A stretch of 64,000 nt of DNA. Source: Nitrospirota bacterium. GTDB lineage: Bacteria; Nitrospirota; UBA9217. The stretch is taken from NCBI GenBank assembly GCA_963737155.1, contig CAVTRN010000001.1, forward strand, positions 800,001-864,000, read 5' to 3'. Below are positions 45,221-54,453 of the stretch, in pieces. The notes below the pieces were generated by a model that saw only the letters and a program-made list of their open reading frames with translations, was not told the origin of the DNA and searched no databases. Every line of letters starts with the position of its first letter. Position 1 is the stretch's first letter. Made by a program: the position numbers and the translations under genes.

Positions 45221-47008
45221 TCAACCTTTGTTTGCGCTTTCTATTGTTGCCTTGATCCGCGCAAGCCTACTTTTTATTTCATCCAGCTTCCCCGTTGTCT
45301 CGGCCAACATCTGCTTTCGCACCTCGACATCATGTGCGCCCTTCGACCTCTGCACCATGCCTTTTTCGATCGCACTGGCAATCCCCTCTATAGTTGTGTC
45401 GATCTTCTGGAAAATTTCCCAGCGGAAGGCGAGCTTGCTTTTATCCAGGCGTTCTTCAAAATCGTTTCCTGCCCTGGCGGCCTGCATGGTCACAACTCTC
45501 TGGAGGTATTCCTTCATCTTCTTAAGGATAATTTTATCGCCAATGAATTTCGGCAGGGCAAGGGTTAAGGTTGAAGCAATGATCGCCATGCCCACAGGTT
45601 GTTCCTTAAACCTGTAGTAGAAGTCGGACTTGACGCTCCAGAGGGCTTCCGCCTTGACCGTATCGAAGGGTACGGAGAATAGCTCGGAGGAATAGTGCAG
45701 CAGCTCATCCACCGTTTCATTGATCTTGGTAATGAACCGTTTGCAGATGGCTTCAAAGGCCCTTGCGAGCCGTTCGTCTTCCATGGCGCGCCAGGTGATA
45801 AACGCCTGCTTGACATGAACAATGACAGCTTGCTCAAGGGTGCTACGAAGATCTTTGAGGGAAAGGCCCTTATTCTGTTCAAATTGCTCTGTGAGATGCT
45901 CATGTTCGCGAGTCATCAGGTCCCTGACGAATCCCTGCAGATCATCGTTCAGTTCGCCCTTGTCCAATCGTGAGACTTCGCCCTCTAGCAGGATCTCGAA
46001 GTCCCGCTTCACCTGCTCCACTTCGCCTTTTTTACTTTCAAATGCCCGCAATTTGTCTTTCAGTTGTTCGAGCGGTGATGTGAGCGACTTCAGTTCAAGT
46101 TCCAATTCGAGCTTTGCCTGAGAAATACTCCTGAGCAGGTTGTTTGTGACGGAGAGGATGAGTACATTTCCCTTCTCTTCCATCAAAAACCTATGTAAGT
46201 CTTTGGAAAAAGGGGGAAGCCTGCTTTTCTCCATCAGCTCCGCGGACTTCGCGGCCACCGCGTCAAGGGCGAGCCGCGCAGAGATAGGGAAGAGCTTTAC
46301 CTCAGAACGCATGACATCCTTCAGCCCATGCTTGGAAAATTCAATGGACTCCTTAAGATCGTTCTCCCGCAGGTAATCGGCCTTGTTCAGAACAAAGAAT
46401 ATTTTGTTTGAATACTCTTTCACGTCCCTCAAGAAGTCAAGCTCGGCCCTGCTCATTGGCTGATCCACAGAGAGAAGAAAGAGCGCGGCATCCGATTTTG
46501 GCAAATACTGGTACGCAACATCCGTATTGTGTTGATATATCGAGCCAACGCCAGGTGTATCGATAAGCCGTACACCGTCCTTAAGATAAGGTGAAGGGTA
46601 CGAGAGGATCACTTCGCGGACATCTTTTACATTTTTCGGATTGCCTTTTTCCGTAACATATTCCACGAGACTATCCGACTTGATTTCGGCGATTTTGCCG
46701 TCATTGAAATATACTTTGATCCTGAGCGCTTCGCCCCAGGTCATAATGGTCACGATGGAGGTAAGCGGAACGACCGCTACAGGTAGGATTTCGGCACCCA
46801 AGAGCGCATTTACGAGGCTTGTTTTTCCGCGCTTGAACTGGCCAACAACCACAAGATTGAAGGTGTTGCTCCTAACCTTTTCTTTCAGATCTTCGCAGGC
46901 GCAGCTCCGGATGTTCTCGATCATAAGCATTTCGTCCATGCACTGCAAGAGGCCGTTTTTCAGTTGGGCATATTTTGAGGTTGAAGATGGTTGCACTGCC
47001 GGATTCAC
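45221..47008 (-). CDS. Dynamin-like GTPase
   Basis: G1 GQFKRGKT, G2 PLT, G3 DTPG, G4 NKAD; long helical stalk. Confidence 0.9.
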   Translation of the reverse strand: MNPAVQPSSTSKYAQLKNGLLQCMDEMLMIENIRSCACEDLKEKVRSNTFNLVVVGQFKRGKTSLVNALLGAEILPVAVVPLTSIVTIMTWGEALRIKVYFNDGKIAEIKSDSLVEYVTEKGNPKNVKDVREVILSYPSPYLKDGVRLIDTPGVGSIYQHNTDVAYQYLPKSDAALFLLSVDQPMSRAELDFLRDVKEYSNKIFFVLNKADYLRENDLKESIEFSKHGLKDVMRSEVKLFPISARLALDAVAAKSAELMEKSRLPPFSKDLHRFLMEEKGNVLILSVTNNLLRSISQAKLELELELKSLTSPLEQLKDKLRAFESKKGEVEQVKRDFEILLEGEVSRLDKGELNDDLQGFVRDLMTREHEHLTEQFEQNKGLSLKDLRSTLEQAVIVHVKQAFITWRAMEDERLARAFEAICKRFITKINETVDELLHYSSELFSVPFDTVKAEALWSVKSDFYYRFKEQPVGMAIIASTLTLALPKFIGDKIILKKMKEYLQRVVTMQAARAGNDFEERLDKSKLAFRWEIFQKIDTTIEGIASAIEKGMVQRSKGAHDVEVRKQMLAETTGKLDEIKSRLARIKATIESANKG

Positions 47009-47029
47009 GCTATGGTCTCCTGTACATAG

Positions 47030-47065
47030 AAAAAACTCCTACCCTCAGGCTTAGAGAGTAGGAGT
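47030..47065 (-). terminator. Intrinsic terminator (riboswitch expression platform)
   Basis: CTCCTACTCTC..GAGGGTAGGAG-TTTTTT overlapping the aptamer 3' end. Confidence 0.85.
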
Positions 47066-47107
47066 CATCAGCTTCACAAGAAGCGGTTAATGGCGAACTC
47101 CATCACC
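47058..47107 (-). promoter_or_regulatory. Fluoride (crcB) riboswitch upstream of dynamin-like gene
   Basis: GGTGATGGAGTTCGCC-ATTAA-CCGCTTC..GAAGC-TGATGACTCCTAC matches the crcB consensus including pseudoknot pairing. Confidence 0.92.
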
Positions 47108-47168
47108 GTAATTCAAACCAATCACCTATTGGTCATGTTTGTCAAAAAAGGCCAGGGATTCTGTGCAA

Positions 47169-47414
47169 TCATTCGAAACCGCTTTCCTGATTTTCCTTAT
47201 TTTCCGCGCCTTCTTTTGCTTTTTCACCTTCGCTAGCAGCCTCTCCCTGTGAACTGTCTTCCTCTTCGGGTTCCTCGATCTCCTGCCCAGCATGCTTTGC
47301 TAATACGCTCCGTTCTGCATCGAGCCAATCATCAAGATCATGACCGCGGATATACCCTCTCGTCTCATATAGTTGATAGGCAACCGCTGCGATCTCACCA
47401 TGCAGATTCATCAC
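47169..47414 (-). CDS. DUF2934-like small protein
   Basis: IAAVAYQLYETRG..GHDLDDWLDAE with acidic tail. Confidence 0.8.
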   Translation of the reverse strand: MMNLHGEIAAVAYQLYETRGYIRGHDLDDWLDAERSVLAKHAGQEIEEPEEEDSSQGEAASEGEKAKEGAENKENQESGFE

Positions 47415-47508
47415 TTTTCTCCTTCATATCGCAATGAGACGGTCATTCTCGCAGGTGATACAGGTTGGACTCTATCGTGCAATGATTCAGCGAAATTGAC
47501 AGGCACTC

Positions 47509-48228
47509 TCAACCGTCAACCAGGCCAGCGGCGTCTCTATGGGTGTACTTTATCACATTCACGTCCGAAAGGACGACGATCCCTTCTCCCACCAGTTCAT
47601 CAAGGATGGGGATAACTTTATTGATTTTCTCTTCGCTGTCCATGACGGTGATCAGGATCGGAAGTTCGCCATGCATCGTCATGGTTTTCTTTTTGTGATA
47701 GCGCTTGTGCGGGCCGTACCCTGCGATGGCCTTGTAAACCGTTGCTCCCGCGATATCGGTCATGATAAGCCTTTTTACTATAGCTTCGTACAGCGGTTCG
47801 CCTTCCCACTTGTCATCCTCGCTGATTAAGATACGGAGCATTTTTGCCTTGCCTTCTAGCTTCATATGTTCTCCTTGTTTTTCGCGCTTCTCCTCCGCCT
47901 TCGGGCAGCACTTGATGACGTTCGTGTCTGCGATCTCCACCATGCCCTTTTCTACTACATGGTAAATGTCCGGGAGCACCTTGTTGATCATCTCCTCGGA
48001 TTCTACCACCTCGATCTTCATTGGCATGCTCGTGGACATTTCAAGCATCTTGGCCGTATGAAAGAGGCCGTCGCTTCCATAGCCCGCAATGCCACGGAAT
48101 ACACTAACGCCCACGATCTTTTTTTTGAAAAAGATATCGAGCAGTACTTCATAGACGGGCTTTCCGTGGAACTTGTCCGTCTCATCTACATAGACAGTCA
48201 GTTTTTTCGCCGGCCCATTGGTTACCAT
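47509..48228 (-). CDS. Tandem DUF190 (PII-like) protein
   Basis: Two repeats of E.DK..G.P.YE..GA/VTV..IAGYG..PI.I; directly downstream of crcB. Confidence 0.85.
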   Translation of the reverse strand: MVTNGPAKKLTVYVDETDKFHGKPVYEVLLDIFFKKKIVGVSVFRGIAGYGSDGLFHTAKMLEMSTSMPMKIEVVESEEMINKVLPDIYHVVEKGMVEIADTNVIKCCPKAEEKREKQGEHMKLEGKAKMLRILISEDDKWEGEPLYEAIVKRLIMTDIAGATVYKAIAGYGPHKRYHKKKTMTMHGELPILITVMDSEEKINKVIPILDELVGEGIVVLSDVNVIKYTHRDAAGLVDG

Positions 48229-48238
48229 GCTTTGTCTC

Positions 48239-48613
48239 CTATATCCCCTTTGCAATCACTTCACCCAGCTTCAAGGCCATGAATCCAACGACAACGCTTA
48301 AAACCATATTGAGCGCTGCGAAACCAAGTTCTCCGTCAATGACCAGTTTGCCGGTCTCATACTGAAATGTTGAGAATGTAGTGTAACCGCCCAGTCCCCC
48401 GACAACGAGAAGCAGTCTCCACTGCGGATTTTCCAGGAAGCGTTCCGCCATCAGAGTCATGAGAAAACCGATAAGAAAGCTTCCGCTGACGTTAATCAGA
48501 AAGGTCCCGAGGGGAAAGCTCCTTCCCCACCGTTGGCCGATCCAGGTTGCCAGCATGAAGCGCGCAACGGAGCCGATGCCACCGCCCGCGAAAACTACAA
48601 TATAGTTTATCAT
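48239..48613 (-). CDS. crcB: Fluoride channel CrcB/FluC
   Basis: GGGIGSVARF, FPLGTFLINVSGSF, GGYTTFSTF. Confidence 0.95.
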   Translation of the reverse strand: MINYIVVFAGGGIGSVARFMLATWIGQRWGRSFPLGTFLINVSGSFLIGFLMTLMAERFLENPQWRLLLVVGGLGGYTTFSTFQYETGKLVIDGELGFAALNMVLSVVVGFMALKLGEVIAKGI

Positions 48614-48634
48614 GGATAGTATGTCCCTTGATCG

Positions 48635-49059
48635 TTATTTTACGATTGCTACAGTGCACGGAGCATAGGTCGTCACGCGTTTTGATACCGATCCCAGAAG
48701 CCAGGTCGCTATTTTCGATTTGCCCCGCTGGCCTACAAAGACCATGTCGCGCTTTTTTTCGATGGCATATTTTATAATTTGATCCGCTGGATGGCCGACA
48801 ACGATCTCTGTTGTAATTTCAATATTATATGTCTTCGCTTTGTCCCTGAGTCCTTTGAACAGTCCTTCGTAATGCTCAGTAGCGCCGTCGATTATTGCAT
48901 CCATTTCGACAATATCGATAGGCTCTGGCGGCTGCGCCACCGATAAGACTGCAATCTTCGGTGATGCCCCGGTGCAAATCCGGGATATTTCAAGGCAAAG
49001 TCAAAAGCTTTATACGACTGCGGAGAGCCATCAAAGGCAACGAGTATCTTGATCAGCAT
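48635..49059 (-). pseudogene. Universal stress protein with a 1-nt frameshift near 48990
   Basis: ATG 49059 with RBS gives MLIKILVAFDGSPQSYKAF; C-half GHPADQI..GQRGKS..LLGSVS is in another frame (span 425 bp). Confidence 0.8.
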
Positions 49060-50273
49060 GGAAGCCTCCTCTTGGATAACTGCCAGGGTAATAAATTATT
49101 TCGGCGAAGCAGCAATTTTTCCCCCTTTTTCGGTAATAGATAACGAGGAACGAAGAAGGCATTCGCAATGAGGGTCGGCACAACGGCGCTCCCAATGACC
49201 GCTACGATCAGCAGGGAATACTGCACCTGATCGATGATCTTATGGGAAAGCCCGAAAAGCGCGGCAATGGAACCGAAAGTCAATCCAGTGGACATGAGAA
49301 GCGTGGTGTAGATGCCTTCCTTCTGCGCGTATTTGTACGCCTTCGTTGCTGGATACACGCCGATGATCTTCGTAATCATCTTTGTTACAAACAGCACGAG
49401 CAAAGCAACAGGCGCGGCGATAATCGCCGGGACCGACACATATGAACCGGCGCGGATGAAATAGAACGGCGTGAGCAGGCCGAATGTCAGCGTCCTGAGC
49501 CGCCTGATGAGGACGTGGTCCTTGCCCACGGTCCCAGCGAGCACCATGCCGATGATATATGCCGGCAGCACTGCTTCGCTGTCCGACCATACTGCGAGTG
49601 ACCCGAGGCCAAAAAGAACCATCAGGAGGTATTTAGCTTCGAGTTCCGACGGCCGGTCCCCGTATTTCTTGAAGAACCACGGCGTGAGATAAGGGAGAAT
49701 AAAAAATACGGCAGCTCCGACGCCGACAAAGATCAGTGTCCTCACCGTGAATGGCGCGAAGATCAGACCCAAGGCAAGGACTGCACCGAGGCCAGTGACA
49801 AAGCAAGCAGCAAGGACTGCCTTGCCGAAGTCGGTCTTGTTGAGCCCTAGTTCCAGCATCACCGCGTAGACCACGGCAACCGAGGTCGTGGAAAGGGCCA
49901 CGCCCGCCAACCAGCTTGCTTGCACGGTCCAGTGAAGGAGGTAGTACGCGGCCGCAGTGCAACCGAGAAGGTGCGAGAGAAATGAGATAAAGCCGATGGC
50001 AGTCGCTTCCTTGAGCTTAGCCTTGAACACCATAGGGTCAAGCTCCGCGCCTGCAAGAAAAGTAAGAACAATAGCACCAGTGCTGGACAGGAACTTGATC
50101 CATGGCTCGTTGGAGCCAAGTGTTGTTCCTATAAATGCGCCGATGATCAACTGGGCTACGGTGCCGACAACGATTTCCGAGAGTGCCATGGCAATTCTGA
50201 GCCAGATGGAAAACAGGGTGGCGAGCAAGGCCAGACCCAGCCAAAGCGCGGCCATTCCCCAAACCTCATGCAT
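49053..50273 (-). CDS. Cation:proton antiporter (CPA2/Kef-like)
   Basis: Many TM helices; FLAGAELD, LSTTSVAVVY, PFYFIRAG; ATG 50273 follows riboswitch terminator. Confidence 0.88.
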   Translation of the reverse strand: MHEVWGMAALWLGLALLATLFSIWLRIAMALSEIVVGTVAQLIIGAFIGTTLGSNEPWIKFLSSTGAIVLTFLAGAELDPMVFKAKLKEATAIGFISFLSHLLGCTAAAYYLLHWTVQASWLAGVALSTTSVAVVYAVMLELGLNKTDFGKAVLAACFVTGLGAVLALGLIFAPFTVRTLIFVGVGAAVFFILPYLTPWFFKKYGDRPSELEAKYLLMVLFGLGSLAVWSDSEAVLPAYIIGMVLAGTVGKDHVLIRRLRTLTFGLLTPFYFIRAGSYVSVPAIIAAPVALLVLFVTKMITKIIGVYPATKAYKYAQKEGIYTTLLMSTGLTFGSIAALFGLSHKIIDQVQYSLLIVAVIGSAVVPTLIANAFFVPRYLLPKKGEKLLLRRNNLLPWQLSKRRLPC

Positions 50274-50322
50274 CCTCTGTCCTTTCCGGGCATAAAAAAC
50301 TCCTGCCCTCATCATATTGAGA

Positions 50323-50373
50323 GTAGGAGTCATCAGCCCGAGAAACAGGGCGGTTTTGGCGAACTCCATCGCC
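50323..50373 (-). promoter_or_regulatory. Fluoride (crcB) riboswitch heading antiporter-usp-crcB-DUF190 operon
   Basis: GGCGATGGAGTTCGCC-AAAA-CCGCCC..GGGC-TGATGACTCCTAC followed by terminator hairpin and T6 (50294-50329). Confidence 0.93.
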
Positions 50374-50384
50374 TTCTTTTTTTA

Positions 50385-50413
50385 ATGGTATCAAAATAAG
50401 CTCTAACCGTCAA
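50385..50413 (-). promoter_or_regulatory. Sigma70 promoter for fluoride operon
   Basis: TTGACG-17 bp-TACCAT about 11 bp upstream of the aptamer. Confidence 0.7.
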
Positions 50414-50475
50414 TAGGAATATCGGGAATCGTAGAGGGTTAGACGTTTATGAGTTCTATCTTCGGCAACCTAAAT

Positions 50476-52098
50476 TTAGAGGAGTTTATAAATCAGTTCG
50501 TTGTCCGAGTAATCGATGGGCACGTCTATGATAACAGGTACCTCGCTGCTCAAGGCCTCCCGGAGCAGTGGCCCGAAGTCCTCGGCTGTCTGGAGTCTCA
50601 AGCCGATTGCACCGAAACCTTCAGCAACCTTGATAAAGTCGGGGTTCATGAAATCGACACCGTAGTACGTTCCAAACTTTTTCATGGATTTCCATTTAAT
50701 CAGGTTGTAGCTGCTGTCATTAAAGACGACGATTGCCATATTGAGCTTCATCCTGACCGCAGTCTCGAGGTCTTGCAAATTCATCAGGAAAGCACCGTCG
50801 CCACTGAGGGCGACCACCTTGCGGTCAGGATGCACGAGCTTGGCCACGGCGGCTGTAGGAATTGAAAATCCCATGGAGGCAAAACCGTTCGAAAGGATAA
50901 AGGTGTTGTTGTCATATACTGGAAAGAATTTTGCCGCCCAGAACTTGCAAGTTCCCACATCCGAGATCAAGATATCGGAATCGCCGAGCACCTTTCTGAT
51001 ATCATAAAGCACCTGCGGGGGACGGACGGGCCAGGTCTTCTCTACACCGATGCGTTCGAATTCATCACGGAAGTTGTTATGGAGATCAATGGCGCACTGA
51101 CTCTTCTTGTTCGTGCTGAGCATGCCTTCGAGGAGATCAAGGCTTTCTCTAATGTCTGAAACGATCTCGACTTCGGGCACGTAATGAAGATCAACCTCGC
51201 TCGAAGTAAAGTCAATATGAATGATCCGCTTGTTCAGTTTAGGGTTCCAGTTCTTCGGCGCATATTCGACAAGCCCGTACCCGACGGCAATGATAAGGTC
51301 GGCATGGCTGAAGACATCGTCGATCTGTCGATCGTTCTGGAGACCGATGGCACCGATGCAGGACTCGCTCTTAGCACTGACCGCACCCTTGCCCATAAAG
51401 GTTGTCACAACGGGAATGCAGAGCAGTTCGGCAAACTTCTGGAGTTGGGCGTTCGCACCCTTGCGGACAACGCCGTGGCCTGCTAGAATAACGGGAAAAG
51501 TCGCTGACTCTATCAAGTCAGCCGCCTTTCTGAGGGACTGCCGGTCAGGAGAGCTCCTGCGCGCCCTGATGGGCGGAATCATCGCAGCATACATCTCATA
51601 TGCGTTCATGGAGGCGATGTTCTCGGGAAGCTCCAGGTGTGTGGGACCCGGCTTTTCCGATTCAGCGAGCTTGAAGGCCTTGCGGACCATCTCGGGGATG
51701 ACCTCCGGTGTCTCGATCCGTCCATTCCACTTTGTCACACACTCGCACATTTCGACGATATTGATGTACTGGTGCGATTCCTTGTGAATCTGCTTGAGGT
51801 CCGCCTGGCCTGTGATCGCGACCATGGGGGAACCGTCAAGAAAAGCGTCGGCAACGCCAGTCAAAAGGTTGGTGGCGCCCGGTCCCAGCGTCGACATGCA
51901 GACGCCGGCTTTGCCGGTAAATCTGCCATAAGCGTCGGCCATAAAGGCCGCTGCCTGTTCATGGCGGGTGACGATGAATTTTATCTTCGAGGTCCGCAGC
52001 GACTCCATGAGGTCGAGCGTTTCTTCGCCGGGAATGCCGAAGATATACTCCACACCCTCATTTTCGAGACATTTAACAAGCAGCTCCGAGGCCTTCAT
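50476..52098 (-). CDS. Acetolactate synthase large subunit-like TPP enzyme
   Basis: FGIPGEE, RHEQAAAFMA, TLGPGATN, SNGFASMG, GDGAF..N TPP motif. Confidence 0.9.
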   Translation of the reverse strand: MKASELLVKCLENEGVEYIFGIPGEETLDLMESLRTSKIKFIVTRHEQAAAFMADAYGRFTGKAGVCMSTLGPGATNLLTGVADAFLDGSPMVAITGQADLKQIHKESHQYINIVEMCECVTKWNGRIETPEVIPEMVRKAFKLAESEKPGPTHLELPENIASMNAYEMYAAMIPPIRARRSSPDRQSLRKAADLIESATFPVILAGHGVVRKGANAQLQKFAELLCIPVVTTFMGKGAVSAKSESCIGAIGLQNDRQIDDVFSHADLIIAVGYGLVEYAPKNWNPKLNKRIIHIDFTSSEVDLHYVPEVEIVSDIRESLDLLEGMLSTNKKSQCAIDLHNNFRDEFERIGVEKTWPVRPPQVLYDIRKVLGDSDILISDVGTCKFWAAKFFPVYDNNTFILSNGFASMGFSIPTAAVAKLVHPDRKVVALSGDGAFLMNLQDLETAVRMKLNMAIVVFNDSSYNLIKWKSMKKFGTYYGVDFMNPDFIKVAEGFGAIGLRLQTAEDFGPLLREALSSEVPVIIDVPIDYSDNELIYKLL

Positions 52099-52565
52099 AA
52101 TATCGATACCTCCCTGGGTCAAAATGATAGGGACAGGCGAAGGCTGATACAAGGTTATCCTGAACGCCCTGTCCGAATTTGATTAATATCACATTCTGGC
52201 GAACAAATCAATTGCCTGGGCTGGCATTGTCAACCCAAAGTTAAAATGTCCGGTTTTGTGATACTGCCTGACGTTGACTTCGTGCTTTAGCCATTGCCCT
52301 CGCGGGAGACTTCCACAGACGAATTGCTGGCTGTTTGCGCACTCGAATGAGCCTCGATTTGTTTATTGGCGTCTCTTCTTTCGGTATTCGAACTTGAATC
52401 TTCTTAAACTTTGGCCGAAGGCTGTTATGAAGGATGCGCATGCTGCCGTCAGTTAAGGAGTTCTTGATGTTATAGAGAACATCCCCGGTTCATCTTCACC
52501 GGTTTGTCGCGAAGCTATGCCATATCGTCCTCTCCTGCCCCCGAAAAATTTTGTGAAAAAAATAG

Positions 52566-52612
52566 TTGACAAACCGGCACGGTTTGCTGCATAATGAGAA
52601 CGATTTTCATTA
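52566..52612 (+). promoter_or_regulatory. Sigma70 promoter with overlapping Fur-type box
   Basis: TTGACA-18-CATAAT overlapped by TAATGAGAACGATTTTCATTA (7-1-7 inverted repeat). Confidence 0.7.
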
Positions 52613-52636
52613 CTAATAAACATAACTGAAACCGAG

Positions 52637-53062
52637 ATGAAAGAAGCGAGAGACATTTTCATTGATTGCTTGAAAGAGCGTGGGCTGCGGTACACGAGCC
52701 AACGGGAGGCCATTTTAGAAGTATTTCTTTCGTCCAAGAAGCATATTACTGTTGAGGACCTGTATAATATCATCAGAAAGAAGAAGCCGAACATTGGATA
52801 TGCCACGGTTCACCGCAACCTGAAGTTTTTGGCCGAATGCGGCATCGCAGACGAGATCAAGATTGGCAACAACAGAGCGAGATTCGAGCAGCACTACGGA
52901 CAGGAACATCACGATCATCTGATCTGCCTCAACTGTGGAGCATTCATTGAGGTACACGATGAAAAAATAGAGATGCTACAGAATAAGCTTGCCGAGGCTA
53001 ACAACTTTACTCCCCAGCGACACAAGCTTGAGATTTACGGAATTTGCAGAAAATGCAGGTAA
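52637..53062 (+). CDS. fur: Fur-family transcriptional regulator
   Basis: RYTSQREAIL, ATVHRNL, HHDHLICLNCG, GICRKC. Confidence 0.92.
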   Translation: MKEARDIFIDCLKERGLRYTSQREAILEVFLSSKKHITVEDLYNIIRKKKPNIGYATVHRNLKFLAECGIADEIKIGNNRARFEQHYGQEHHDHLICLNCGAFIEVHDEKIEMLQNKLAEANNFTPQRHKLEIYGICRKCR

Positions 53063-53077
53063 ATTTTTTGTCACTAA

Positions 53078-53097
53078 GATGATAATGCATATCATTT
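53078..53097 (+). promoter_or_regulatory. Second Fur-type box upstream of czcB-like gene
   Basis: GATGATAATGCATATCATTT is close to the TGATAAT-N-ATTATCA consensus. Confidence 0.6.
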
Positions 53098-53289
53098 ACA
53101 AGAAGCAACGGGACGGTCAAGTATACCACTCTAACGGCAACGAGCCTTCCGCAGGGCGCGACTGAAGCCACAGCTGTCAATATCGGCACTCCCTATCAGT
53201 GATGAAGTTAAACCAGGATAAAATTCTCGGCGCATTTTGCTCTGACAATTATTTTGTCTGCAGACTTATCTTGCTTTAGGAGAGATCAC

Positions 53290-54453
53290 ATGTCTATTTT
53301 AAATAACCAAGCACGACAAAAGCGAGTCGCTTTAATAGGCGTCGCAATAATAATTTTCGTACTGGGCATTGGGTTGAGCATGCGCTTTTTCCACTCGTCC
53401 AGCCATGCTGCCGTGCAGGAGTCTACACCGCCCGCTCTTGTTCGTCAAGGCGACCAATTCATCATCCCCCAGGGTTCTGCACTTCGTTCACGGTTGCTCG
53501 TGCAACAGGTCGCTGTAAACAATAGCCCCCACACGCTCGAGTCGCCGGCTGTGGTGGAGGCTGATCCCGCGCGCACGGTCAATATCCTGCCGCCGGTTTC
53601 CGGCAGAGTGGTCAAACTTGGAGTCAGGCTTGGCGACCGTGTTGTAAAAGGCCAACTGCTCGCTGTGATCGAATCGGGCGACCTCGCGCAAGCTTATGCT
53701 GATGACGATAAAGCGCGCGACGCACTGCAACATGTCGAGCGAACCCTGGAGCGCGTACGCGGTCTGCATCAAGCCGGCTCTGGTTCCCTTAAGGACCTGG
53801 AGCAGGCCGAGAGTGATTATGCCCAGGCGAAAGCAGAGTTCAGCAGGGCTGAAGCGCGGCTTGAAGAAATCGGTGTTCCGTCACAGCCCAAAGACGGGTT
53901 GCGTCTCTTGACAATTACTGCGCCAACGACCGGAAGCGTCACCGCACTCATGACCGCTCCAGGCGCATTCGTTAATGATGTGACCGCATCGCTCATGACG
54001 ATTGCTAACCTCGATTCTGTCTGGGTCACGGCGAATGTGCCGGAGACTGATATCGCATACATTGCCAAAGGGCAGTCCGTCGACGTATCCTTTTCAGCCT
54101 ACCCTAAACACGTCTTTCACGGCACTGTCACGTTCGTAAGCGACGTGGTGGAACCGGATACGCGCCGCAACAAGGTGAGGATAGTTTTTCCCAACCCTGG
54201 CGGCAAGTTCAAACCCAATATGTTTGCCAATGTGAGCTTCAATATACCGCAGAAATCCGAGGTGTTCGTGCCGAATTCAGCCCTACTCATGGATAACGAC
54301 AACACTGTTGTGTTTGTCGAGGTTGCGCCCTGGATTTTCATCAAGCACCCGGTCATCCCCGGTTATAGTGAGGGCGAGGGCGCCCGTATTGACCAGGGGT
54401 TGAAGCCCGGCGACCGCATCATTGTCAAGGGCGGGGTGCTGCTCAATGATTAA
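53290..54453 (+). CDS. RND periplasmic adaptor (CzcB-like)
   Basis: N-terminal TM; GDRVVKGQLL, VWVTANVPE, FKPNMFA. Confidence 0.9.
   Translation: MSILNNQARQKRVALIGVAIIIFVLGIGLSMRFFHSSSHAAVQESTPPALVRQGDQFIIPQGSALRSRLLVQQVAVNNSPHTLESPAVVEADPARTVNILPPVSGRVVKLGVRLGDRVVKGQLLAVIESGDLAQAYADDDKARDALQHVERTLERVRGLHQAGSGSLKDLEQAESDYAQAKAEFSRAEARLEEIGVPSQPKDGLRLLTITAPTTGSVTALMTAPGAFVNDVTASLMTIANLDSVWVTANVPETDIAYIAKGQSVDVSFSAYPKHVFHGTVTFVSDVVEPDTRRNKVRIVFPNPGGKFKPNMFANVSFNIPQKSEVFVPNSALLMDNDNTVVFVEVAPWIFIKHPVIPGYSEGEGARIDQGLKPGDRIIVKGGVLLND

Noticed and set aside
50274-50369. N-terminal extension of the antiporter in the ORF track
   Set aside because: Runs through the riboswitch and terminator; ATG 50273 has an RBS
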